A stretch of 64,000 nt of DNA from Minisyncoccota bacterium (GTDB taxonomy: Bacteria; Patescibacteriota; Minisyncoccia; Phycocordibacterales; JAQTLZ01), in assembly GCA_028714635.1 (NCBI GenBank), contig JAQTLZ010000002.1, forward strand, positions 121,841 to 185,840, in the 5' to 3' direction. The notes below the pieces were generated by a model. That model saw nothing but the letters and a program-made list of their open reading frames with translations. It made no database searches and was not told the origin of the DNA. Positions within the stretch are counted from its first letter, which is position 1, and every line of letters starts with the position of its first letter. A program made the translations under genes and the position numbers. This document shows, piece after piece, positions 26,370-34,513 of this stretch.

Positions 26370-27281
26370 TTAAACTGGGGTCGGAATAATCATCGCTGGG
26401 TGAGGCTCGTAGTCGGAGAGCGTGAAATGTTCAGGTTTGAAATCAAAAATGTCTTTTATATTTGGGTCGAGTGTTACTGTTGGGAGTCGCTTTGGTTCTC
26501 GTTTCAAAAGTTCCTCGACATAGCTGTATTGGCTTTCGTAAATATGGGCGTCAGAAAAAGTGTGTACCAATTCTTTCATGGTGTAGCCGAGAAGCTGTGC
26601 CACCATCATACCGAATCCTGCATACTGAATGATGTTAAATGGCACTCCGACAGGGAAGTCCGCGCTTCTTTGGAAGTGATGAATAACAATTTCTTTTGTT
26701 TCGGGGAAAGCAAGAATGTGAATCCAGCCGTGGCATGGTGCAACCACTACTTTTCTTTTGAGGGTACTGTGCTGGATGGCGTATTGCGGGATCCATGGGC
26801 TTATAAAATGGGTTCGCAGGTATGGGCGTTCTTTCAGCTGTTTAATTACGTTTTCAATCTGGTTAAAGGGTGTTCCTTCTTTGGTAGGGAAGCTTGCCCA
26901 TGCCGCTCCGTATGAACCGTCTCCCAAATCTCCTTCGGGAAGTCCGAAGATGTCGCACTTTTCTTTGGTTACCCATCGTCCCCACCATTTACAGCCGAAT
27001 TTTTTCAACTCCTCATTGGTGCGAGCACCGTGAAGGAAAGCAATGTGTTCTGCGAGAGCTCCCTGGAAAAATTTTCCAGACAAGTCGCGTTCGGTGATAA
27101 CAGGAAAGCCGTTCTCGATAGGGTAGCGAAGCTGGACTCCCACGAGCATTTTCGCTTTTTCTCCCATTTTTCCGGTAGGAAGCCGGCTATGAATAGGAAC
27201 AATCTCGCGCCCCTCTTTCATTATCCTCCTTAGAATATCTTGATACTGGCTATCAGGAGTTCGGTCTTTGAGTGGTTTCAT
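26370..27281 (-). CDS. thyA: Thymidylate synthase (ThyA type)
   Basis: VAPCHGW (catalytic Cys), QRSADFPVGVPFNI (Arg and Asn of dUMP-specific ThyA), DAHIYESQ. Start set at MKPLKDR (27281) by homology with ThyA N-termini; the ORF extends upstream to 27380. Confidence 0.95.
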   Translation of the reverse strand: MKPLKDRTPDSQYQDILRRIMKEGREIVPIHSRLPTGKMGEKAKMLVGVQLRYPIENGFPVITERDLSGKFFQGALAEHIAFLHGARTNEELKKFGCKWWGRWVTKEKCDIFGLPEGDLGDGSYGAAWASFPTKEGTPFNQIENVIKQLKERPYLRTHFISPWIPQYAIQHSTLKRKVVVAPCHGWIHILAFPETKEIVIHHFQRSADFPVGVPFNIIQYAGFGMMVAQLLGYTMKELVHTFSDAHIYESQYSYVEELLKREPKRLPTVTLDPNIKDIFDFKPEHFTLSDYEPHPAMIIPTPV

Positions 27282-27288
27282 TGCAAGT

Positions 27289-27294
27289 ATTATA
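27289..27294 (-). promoter_or_regulatory. -10 hexamer TATAAT for thyA (leaderless arrangement)
   Basis: On the minus strand, TATAAT lies 7 nt upstream of the thyA ATG. Confidence 0.45.
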
Positions 27295-27345
27295 GAGGGT
27301 TTTAAAAAGAAAAGAAAATCGCCACAATGGGTGCCCTCGCTATAC

Positions 27346-27373
27346 TTGACAATATAATCATATATGTTAAAAT
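27346..27373 (+). promoter_or_regulatory. Sigma70-like promoter TTGACA-16-TAAAAT
   Basis: Consensus -35 TTGACA at 27346-27351; TGtTAAAAT extended -10 at 27365-27373. ~60 nt upstream of GTG 27435. Confidence 0.55.
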
Positions 27374-27434
27374 AATACAAGATTCCGTCCTTTCAAAACG
27401 GAACATTTTGGGGAAACAAACGTGGAGGTGGAGC

Positions 27435-28235
27435 GTGAGAAAGATTCCGTTTGCTGTTGTCATTATTATGGTGGTTGTGGGGTTTGGTGCAGGCGCTTTC
27501 CTGCTCATCTCCCACGACATGGAGCGCGTGGAGAAAATACAAGCATTGGGGTTCAAGGGAAGGCTTGTTGGGGCAGATCGGCACATCGAAATTGCCGAGC
27601 ATCCGCCGGGCCAGTTTCTTCCAGGCTACACGGTCGGCCATATCATGTGCCGATCCTATTTTGAAAAGGACTGGCGTGTTGCTGGGACAGGCACGCAGTT
27701 TCCCGACGAGAGCGTCGTAACCGCTATGCATGTTTTCGGCAAGTGCGAGGAACAGAAGCGCTATTGGGGATTTCGCCCCCTAACTTCGGATACTATTCGA
27801 GGGAAGGGGCTAATCATACCAATCGTCTCGATGTCTCCTACGAAGGCAGGAGACGATTCAGCAATCTGTGTTCTCGGCAAGCCGGGCGAAGACGAATACC
27901 GAAATCCTTTTTGCGGCCTCTTCTCCGAGAAAGAGGACTTGACGGAGTTTCAAGAAGGTAAGGACGGCAAAATCAACGCCGTACCGTACCAGGTCAAAGT
28001 TCGGTTTCTCTCTCGTCCAGATGTCGTCCTACAGGGGCAATATCTCATGGATGCACGCCCTGGAGCACAGTATCTCCTGTTTCCCGTGCAGGGCGGGGTG
28101 GCATCTGGGGAGAGTGGCACTCTCGGTATCATCGAGGGCGATCAAACCAAGTTCCTTTTGCTTACACAGCAAAGGGCGCGTCGGTTTGGGGTCGCGTTTG
28201 TGGTGAACCGAAACCAACTTGTTCCGAAGAAGTAA
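27435..28235 (+). CDS. Membrane-anchored protein (GC-rich), possible distant trypsin-like serine peptidase
   Basis: GGAGGTGGAG RBS then GTG 27435; the ORF track lists an alternative upstream ATG at 27327. N-terminal TM helix. TAMHVFGKC (His-like site) and GESGT (GDSG-like) are suggestive only. GC ~55%. Confidence 0.55.
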   Translation: MRKIPFAVVIIMVVVGFGAGAFLLISHDMERVEKIQALGFKGRLVGADRHIEIAEHPPGQFLPGYTVGHIMCRSYFEKDWRVAGTGTQFPDESVVTAMHVFGKCEEQKRYWGFRPLTSDTIRGKGLIIPIVSMSPTKAGDDSAICVLGKPGEDEYRNPFCGLFSEKEDLTEFQEGKDGKINAVPYQVKVRFLSRPDVVLQGQYLMDARPGAQYLLFPVQGGVASGESGTLGIIEGDQTKFLLLTQQRARRFGVAFVVNRNQLVPKK

Positions 28236-28250
28236 GAAAGTAGAATAAAA

Positions 28251-28295
28251 TCCGCTAAACAGACATCCGATTTGTTTAGCGGATGTTTGTTTTCC
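28251..28295 (+). terminator. Intrinsic terminator
   Basis: TCCGCTAAACA-(11 nt)-TGTTTAGCGGA followed by TGTTTGTTTT. Confidence 0.6.
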
Positions 28296-28396
28296 GGCGT
28301 TTTTTTATACAAAAAACATGCTAATATGGAAGAAATTAAGCATTTCTATGATTTAACTCCCGAAAGCCGAATATTACTCGATAATCAGCCATTTCT

Positions 28397-29668
28397 ATGA
28401 CTCAAAATTTAAAATTCATAAAGAAACAAGATCCGGCGGTCTATAAAGCGATAGTGGGGGAGGAAAAACGGGAAGCGGAAGGGCTTGAGCTCATTCCTTC
28501 GGAAAACTATGTTTCGCAGGCTGTGCTTGAAGCGAATGGCTCTGTTTTCACCAATAAATATTCTGAAGGATATATCGGGCGAAGATATTATGGCGGACAA
28601 GAATTTACTGATACAGTAGAGAAAATTGCTATCGAAAGAGCTTGCAAACTTTTTGGCGCAAAATATGCGAATGTTCAGACGCATTCTGGCGCACCGGCAA
28701 ACATCGGTCTCTATTTTGCTCTCATGAATCCGGGCGATACGATTCTCGGAATGGATCTCTCACACGGAGGGCACCTCACTCACGGACATCCTGTGACTTC
28801 GATTTCGAAAATTTTCAAATTCGTCCGCTACCAGATGAAAAATATCGAGACAGGTGAGATTGATTACGTGGGACTTCGGGAGACTGCGCTCAAAGAAAAA
28901 CCGAAAGTCATTCTCGCCGGCTATTCTGCATATCCGCGTGAGCTTGATTATGCGAAGTTTGTAGAAATTGCACGCGAAGTCGGCGCAGTCTGTGTGATGG
29001 ATATCGCTCATATCGCAGGACTCATTGCAGGCAAGGCGGTCAAGAATCCTTTTGATTATGGATTTGATGTGATGACGAGTACGACACACAAAACTTTGCG
29101 TGGTCCTCGCGGCGGTTTGATTTTGGTACGCGAGAATGAAGAGCTCGCAAAGAAAATTGATAAATCGGTTTTCCCCGGGCTTCAAGGTGGACCGCACATG
29201 CATACTGTCGCAGCAAAAGCAGTAGCGTTTGGTGAAGCACTGAAACCCGCTTTCAAAAAATATGCCGAGCAGATTCTCAAAAACGCGAAAGCAATGGAGG
29301 CGGTTTTCAAGCGAGAAAAAATTCGAATGATTACAGGTGGAACTTCAAATCATCTCATTCTCGCCGATGTGTGGGGCTCGCTCGACGTTTCTGGTAAAGA
29401 AGCGCAAACAGTACTCGATGAAGTGGGAATTACGCTCAATATGAATATGATCGCGGGGGATACAAGAAAGCCAATGGACCCATCAGGAATTCGCTTTGGT
29501 ACGCCAGCAATCACAACACGAGGATTTAAAGAAAAAGAATGTGCACGTGTCGCCGAATTGATTATTGAAACTCTAAAAAATAAAAGTGACGAAAAGAAAA
29601 AGAAAGCAATTCACACGGAAATAATAAAACTGGCAAAAAAGTTTCCGATACCAGATACATTCGTATGA
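28397..29668 (+). CDS. glyA: Serine hydroxymethyltransferase
   Basis: LIPSENY, YSEGYIGRRYYGG, TTHKTLRGPRGG (PLP lysine region). Confidence 0.95.
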   Translation: MTQNLKFIKKQDPAVYKAIVGEEKREAEGLELIPSENYVSQAVLEANGSVFTNKYSEGYIGRRYYGGQEFTDTVEKIAIERACKLFGAKYANVQTHSGAPANIGLYFALMNPGDTILGMDLSHGGHLTHGHPVTSISKIFKFVRYQMKNIETGEIDYVGLRETALKEKPKVILAGYSAYPRELDYAKFVEIAREVGAVCVMDIAHIAGLIAGKAVKNPFDYGFDVMTSTTHKTLRGPRGGLILVRENEELAKKIDKSVFPGLQGGPHMHTVAAKAVAFGEALKPAFKKYAEQILKNAKAMEAVFKREKIRMITGGTSNHLILADVWGSLDVSGKEAQTVLDEVGITLNMNMIAGDTRKPMDPSGIRFGTPAITTRGFKEKECARVAELIIETLKNKSDEKKKKAIHTEIIKLAKKFPIPDTFV

Positions 29669-29715
29669 TGTTATGATTTATAAGTCACTTTAATAACTAA
29701 TAAGTCAAATTAAAC

Positions 29716-30000
29716 ATGGAAGGTTATGAAATGGATCCAAAAGGATATTTAAAGCCCACGAAAGACCCTGGAGCGCCGTATTATATTCCCGGTCAGACGC
29801 CAAGTGGTGTAAAGTTTTTTATAAGTATGCCACTCAGCCCAGATGAACGAGTAGAAGTTCTCATACCAAAAGGAACAAGAGAGGAGGTGGAAGGTTGTAT
29901 TGAAAAGGTCTTTGCCGATATGAAGACTAAGGGAGTAACGATTAATGCTTATGTGATTCGCGAAATGGATTCGGAGCCTGAATCAAAAAAGCGCTTTTAG
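29716..30000 (+). CDS. Hypothetical small protein
   Basis: 94-aa ORF between glyA and tmk, no motif recognised. Confidence 0.45.
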   Translation: MEGYEMDPKGYLKPTKDPGAPYYIPGQTPSGVKFFISMPLSPDERVEVLIPKGTREEVEGCIEKVFADMKTKGVTINAYVIREMDSEPESKKRF

Positions 30001-30048
30001 ATTATTTCTTTTTTCCCAAGAAGTGTCCATTTTGCTAGTATTTTAGGT

Positions 30049-30723
30049 ATGAACAAACTCGGACGACTTATCATAATCGAAGGGCTTGATGGGGCAGGGA
30101 AAGCTGTTCAGACTAAGCTTCTTACCGAAGCTCTGCAAAAAGCTGGTAAAGAAGTGACGCTTTTTGATTTTCCTCGCTACACCACTTCGATGTTTGGAAA
30201 GTTGACCGGCGAAGCGCTTCAGGGCATGTACGGGGATTTCCGGAATATGTCCCCATTTCTTTCTTCGCTTCCGTTCGTGCTTGACCGAGCGACTGCAAAA
30301 AATGATATTGAGAAAGCGCTCGAGAAAGGAGATGTTATTTGCAATCGCTATACGCCTTCGAATCTCGCCTATCAATCTGCGAAACTCCCACCATCGCAGA
30401 GGAAAAAATTTGTAGACTTTTTAGAGAAAGCGGAATACGGGGAAATTGGAATTCCCAAGCCGGATGTTGTTTTCTATCTCTCCGTTCCCGTTGAGACCGC
30501 ACTTGGGCTCAATGCTCAAAAGCCAAAACGGGTGTATTTGAAAAAAGCTGGAGATAAAGACCAGCATGAAGACGACGAAATGTATCAAAAACAAGTAATT
30601 GAAGTTTATATGTCTTTCGCAAAAGAGAAAAAGAACTGGCATATCGTAGAATGTCTGAAGGGAGGCAAGCTTCTTTCACCGGAAGAAATTCATCTGAAAA
30701 TAATGGCAACACTCGCAAATTAA
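30049..30723 (+). CDS. tmk: Thymidylate kinase
   Basis: P-loop IIIEGLDGAGKAVQ, DRY-like CNRYTPS lid region. Confidence 0.9.
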   Translation: MNKLGRLIIIEGLDGAGKAVQTKLLTEALQKAGKEVTLFDFPRYTTSMFGKLTGEALQGMYGDFRNMSPFLSSLPFVLDRATAKNDIEKALEKGDVICNRYTPSNLAYQSAKLPPSQRKKFVDFLEKAEYGEIGIPKPDVVFYLSVPVETALGLNAQKPKRVYLKKAGDKDQHEDDEMYQKQVIEVYMSFAKEKKNWHIVECLKGGKLLSPEEIHLKIMATLAN

Positions 30724-30738
30724 AGGTATCATCTAGCA

Positions 30739-31329
30739 ATGTCAGACCAAAATCTTCGATTCTTATTTGAAATAGCGACGCTCCGAAATCTCGACCGCTC
30801 ATGGAGGCAGTATATCGGTATGGATGTTGAAAGTGTTCTAGAACATATTGTTCGTGTGATGTTTCTCGCGCTTCTTATCGCCCGTAAAGAAGGGGTGAAG
30901 AATGAAGAGAAAATTATGAAAATGGTGCTTGTTCACGATCTTGCGGAAACGAGAACGAGCGATCATATGTATGTTCATAAGGTATATGTGAAAGCGGACG
31001 AGAAAAAGGCCGCCGACCATCTCTTTTTCGGAACGCTTTTTGGAGATTTGCGAAAAGATATCCTTCATGAGTATGAAGAGCGGAAATCTATTGAGGCGAA
31101 AATTGTAAAAGATGCCGATAATCTTGAATGCGATATGGAACTCAAAGAATTGGAAGCGAGGGGGTCTACAGTGCGAAAGAAACTCGCTTCTGGGAGGAGA
31201 CTGGTGCGAGACAAGAAACTCTACACCAAAACCGCACGGAAGCTTTGGGATGCGATTCAAAAAGCAGATGTGGATGAGTGGCATCTTACGAGTAATAAGT
31301 GGCTTAAGATTCCGAATGCTGGGAAATAA
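30739..31329 (+). CDS. HD-domain phosphohydrolase (YfbR-like 5'-deoxynucleotidase type)
   Basis: H...HDLAE...D metal-binding pattern (VHDLAETRTSDH). Confidence 0.85.
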   Translation: MSDQNLRFLFEIATLRNLDRSWRQYIGMDVESVLEHIVRVMFLALLIARKEGVKNEEKIMKMVLVHDLAETRTSDHMYVHKVYVKADEKKAADHLFFGTLFGDLRKDILHEYEERKSIEAKIVKDADNLECDMELKELEARGSTVRKKLASGRRLVRDKKLYTKTARKLWDAIQKADVDEWHLTSNKWLKIPNAGK

Positions 31330-31332
31330 ACA

Positions 31333-33036
31333 ATGAAAGAGAAATTAGAAATTTCGGTAAAGAAAGCTCTGAAAACACTTTCTATTGAAGCGGAAAGTGT
31401 TTCTTTCGAGCACCCAACAGAAATTTCTCACGGGGATTATTCGACGAATATTGCTCTTGCACTTTCGAAACATTCAAAAGAAAATCCTCGGGTTTTGGCG
31501 GAAAAAATTGTGGGGGAAATTAATAAAAAACTTCCCAAAGAGATTCACAAAGTTGAAGTTGCCGGGGCGGGATTTATTAATTTTTTTCTTTCGAAGGAAT
31601 TTTTTGTAGAGCAAACGGCCGAAATTTTGGCGGAAGGCCAAAATTTCGGCCGAAACAGCTCTCTTAAAAAAGAAAAAGTAGTTATTGAATACACAAACCC
31701 AAATCCTTTCAAGCAATTTCATATCGGTCATTTGATGAATAATGCTATAGGCGAATCACTCTCGAGAATCGTCGATGCAAGCGGAGCTAAACTCACTCGC
31801 GTGAATTATCAGGGAGATGTTGGGCTTCATGTGGCGAAAGCTCTTTATGGAATGATGCACTCTTCACGCCCCCTTCCCAAAGAAGAATCACTCGAAAAGC
31901 AGATCGCATATCTTGGTGAATCCTATGTCGCAGGCGCGACTGCATATGAAGAAAATGAGGAAGCAAAAAAAGAAATTCAGGAAATAAATAAAAAAGTTTT
32001 TGAAAAAAGTGATAAGGAAATAAATAAGCTCTATGAATGGGGGAGAAAAATCAGTCTTGAAGATTTTGAGCGTCTGTATCAGAAACTCGGGACAAAGTTT
32101 GAGCATTATTTTTTTGAAAGCGAAGCTGGGGCGATAGGAAAGAAAATTGTGCTTGAATATCTTGAAAAAGGCGTTTTTGAGAAAAGTGATGGAGCTATTA
32201 TCTTTCCTGGTGAGAAACATGCCCTGCATACACGCGTTTTCATTAATTCACAAGGCTTGCCGACATATGAGGCAAAAGAGCTCGGAGTTTCGCAGATGAA
32301 ATATGACATGTATCGTTACGATCTTTCCTTGGTGGTTGCGGGAAACGAGATCAATGATTATTTCAAGGTACTTACAAGAGTGATCGCAATTTTGTACCCA
32401 GAACTTGCAGACAAAATAAAACATATACCAAATGGAATGCTTCGCCTTGCCAGCGGGAAAATGTCCTCTCGAAAGGGAAATGTGATATTAGGGAATGATT
32501 TGATTTCCGATGTCGAGAAATTAGTGGAAGAAAAAATGAAAGACCGCGAACTTCCAGCTGGTCAGAAAAAAGAAATTGTAGAAAAAGTGGCGATCGGCGC
32601 TATCAAGTATTCGATTCTTCGCCAATCACCCGGCAAAGATATTATTTTTGATCTTGATAAATCACTTTCATTCGAAGGAGATTCGGGACCATATCTGCAA
32701 TACACAGCAGTCCGCGCAAATTCTGTGCTAGAAAAAGCGAAAGAGATGAAAATCAAATCGAGCGCTAAAGATGGAGAAGGAGAAGTGAATCTTGTTGAAA
32801 AAATGTTGTATCGTTTTCCCGAAATTGTCGAGCTTTCTCTTAAAGAATACGCTCCACAATACATTGCGACATATCTCATCGAACTTGCGGGAGCTTTCAA
32901 TTCATATTATGGAAATACAAAAATTATCAATACCGATCCGGGTGTGTCATACAGACTTTCCCTTACGGAAGCTGTAAAAATAGTTCTCGCCAACGGCCTT
33001 AACCTTCTAGGCATACAAGTGCCTGAAAAAATGTAA
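31333..33036 (+). CDS. argS: Arginyl-tRNA synthetase
   Basis: Class I HIGH (FHIGHLMN), KMSSRKG (KMSK variant), C-terminal DALR-type anticodon-binding region. Confidence 0.95.
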   Translation: MKEKLEISVKKALKTLSIEAESVSFEHPTEISHGDYSTNIALALSKHSKENPRVLAEKIVGEINKKLPKEIHKVEVAGAGFINFFLSKEFFVEQTAEILAEGQNFGRNSSLKKEKVVIEYTNPNPFKQFHIGHLMNNAIGESLSRIVDASGAKLTRVNYQGDVGLHVAKALYGMMHSSRPLPKEESLEKQIAYLGESYVAGATAYEENEEAKKEIQEINKKVFEKSDKEINKLYEWGRKISLEDFERLYQKLGTKFEHYFFESEAGAIGKKIVLEYLEKGVFEKSDGAIIFPGEKHALHTRVFINSQGLPTYEAKELGVSQMKYDMYRYDLSLVVAGNEINDYFKVLTRVIAILYPELADKIKHIPNGMLRLASGKMSSRKGNVILGNDLISDVEKLVEEKMKDRELPAGQKKEIVEKVAIGAIKYSILRQSPGKDIIFDLDKSLSFEGDSGPYLQYTAVRANSVLEKAKEMKIKSSAKDGEGEVNLVEKMLYRFPEIVELSLKEYAPQYIATYLIELAGAFNSYYGNTKIINTDPGVSYRLSLTEAVKIVLANGLNLLGIQVPEKM

Positions 33037-33045
33037 TATACATAT

Positions 33046-33378
33046 ATGACTGAAGCAATTCCAGGACAAAATAGTGGGAATCCAAGATCGGCGGATAGAC
33101 AGGAGAAAATTAACGAGATGATTTTGGCACGCAATGGGGTGTTAGGATTAGTGAAAACTCCAAAGCAGAGAGAGATTGTTCGAGAAGAGAATCAGCAATT
33201 TATTATTCAACTCAGGAAAAACAACCCAGGGCGCGACACCCTTGCAAAATATCAAGCATGGCAGATTTTCTCAAGTGGCACAGATATCCAGGATGAGAAA
33301 GCTCCGGAGCTTGATTTCCCGGGAGAAGATTCTCTTATTGAATTTTATAAAAGACTTGAAGAAAAGTTGAAATCATGA
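33046..33378 (+). CDS. Hypothetical protein
   Basis: 110-aa ORF; stop overlaps the maf start (ATGA coupling). Confidence 0.5.
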   Translation: MTEAIPGQNSGNPRSADRQEKINEMILARNGVLGLVKTPKQREIVREENQQFIIQLRKNNPGRDTLAKYQAWQIFSSGTDIQDEKAPELDFPGEDSLIEFYKRLEEKLKS

Positions 33379-33953
33379 GAAAAATAATTCTCGCATCAGG
33401 TTCTCCGCGCCGGAAAGAAATTTTAGGAAGGCTCGGCATTCCTTTTGAGGTCGTGCAAAGCGATTTCCAGGAGTTTATTGATCCCAAAATATCTCCGGGT
33501 GCGTTAGCAGAAAAGCTCGCGATCGGAAAAGCAAAAGCGGTCGCTTTCAAATACCCCGACGCAATTATTATCGGAGCGGATACTGTCGTAGCGCTTCATG
33601 GCGAAGCGATGGGGAAACCCAAGACGCCAGAGGAGGCTGTGGCTATGCTCACGCGCCTTTCGGGAGAAACCCATTCGGTATTTACAGGCTTTACCATCAT
33701 GAGTACAAAGACAGGGAGATCAATCACTGACGTTTGTGAATCAAAAGTTACTTTCAAACAGCTTGATCCCGCTAGTATTGAAAAATATGTTATAAGCGGA
33801 GAACCATTAGAGATGGCTGGAGGCTACGCGATACAGAGTGGAGCGAAAGATTTCGTGGAAAAATACGAAGGAGATTACAATAACATTGTCGGACTTCCTC
33901 TTACTCTCGTGCGGAACGCTCTCAAGATGTTTGATGTCAGTGTGTCCTCATAA
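33375..33953 (+). CDS. maf: Maf-like nucleoside triphosphate pyrophosphatase
   Basis: ILASGSPRRKEIL N-terminus, GADTVV, typical Maf length. Confidence 0.9.
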   Translation: MRKIILASGSPRRKEILGRLGIPFEVVQSDFQEFIDPKISPGALAEKLAIGKAKAVAFKYPDAIIIGADTVVALHGEAMGKPKTPEEAVAMLTRLSGETHSVFTGFTIMSTKTGRSITDVCESKVTFKQLDPASIEKYVISGEPLEMAGGYAIQSGAKDFVEKYEGDYNNIVGLPLTLVRNALKMFDVSVSS

Positions 33954-34000
33954 TATTTTTCTTGTTTGCGCAAGAGGTATAACTTGCTACTATTAATGCT

Positions 34001-34450
34001 ATGGAAGGAGATTACGAAAGAGAAGATGTGGAGAAATCGCTCCAGCCGGAGACGCCTCATTACCCTGCACGACCTCATTACTATGGCGATATTGTAAGGC
34101 AGGCACTTTTTGCTATCGGCATCATTATGATCATCGGCATGCCGATTTTTTCAGACAAAATCAGTTTCAGCGGTTTCTTCATCATTTTGGGAATTCTTGG
34201 CGTAAATCTTTTTGCCGGACTTACCAATCCCAAGCAGGCTGTGAGCATCTGGGGTGATTTCATCATCTCTTTTCTCGGTCTTGTTTTCTTTGAGCTCATC
34301 GCTTTTTTTTACTACGCGGCATATCACAGCGTTCTCGATCTCTATTTCTGGTTTAACCAGGTCATCAGCATTCTTTTCTTCGTTTCTCTATATTTTAGTG
34401 TCAAAACGCTCCGCGGAATGCTCACCGGCTCAATTGAGGAGGATAACTAG
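34001..34450 (+). CDS. Hypothetical membrane protein
   Basis: Four predicted hydrophobic helices, acidic N-terminus. Confidence 0.6.
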   Translation: MEGDYEREDVEKSLQPETPHYPARPHYYGDIVRQALFAIGIIMIIGMPIFSDKISFSGFFIILGILGVNLFAGLTNPKQAVSIWGDFIISFLGLVFFELIAFFYYAAYHSVLDLYFWFNQVISILFFVSLYFSVKTLRGMLTGSIEEDN

Positions 34451-34513
34451 TTTTACCTCGTAGAGAGGCTGTTCTTGTGCTAAAATTGCCTAATTGCAGG
34501 CGATTTTTCATCT

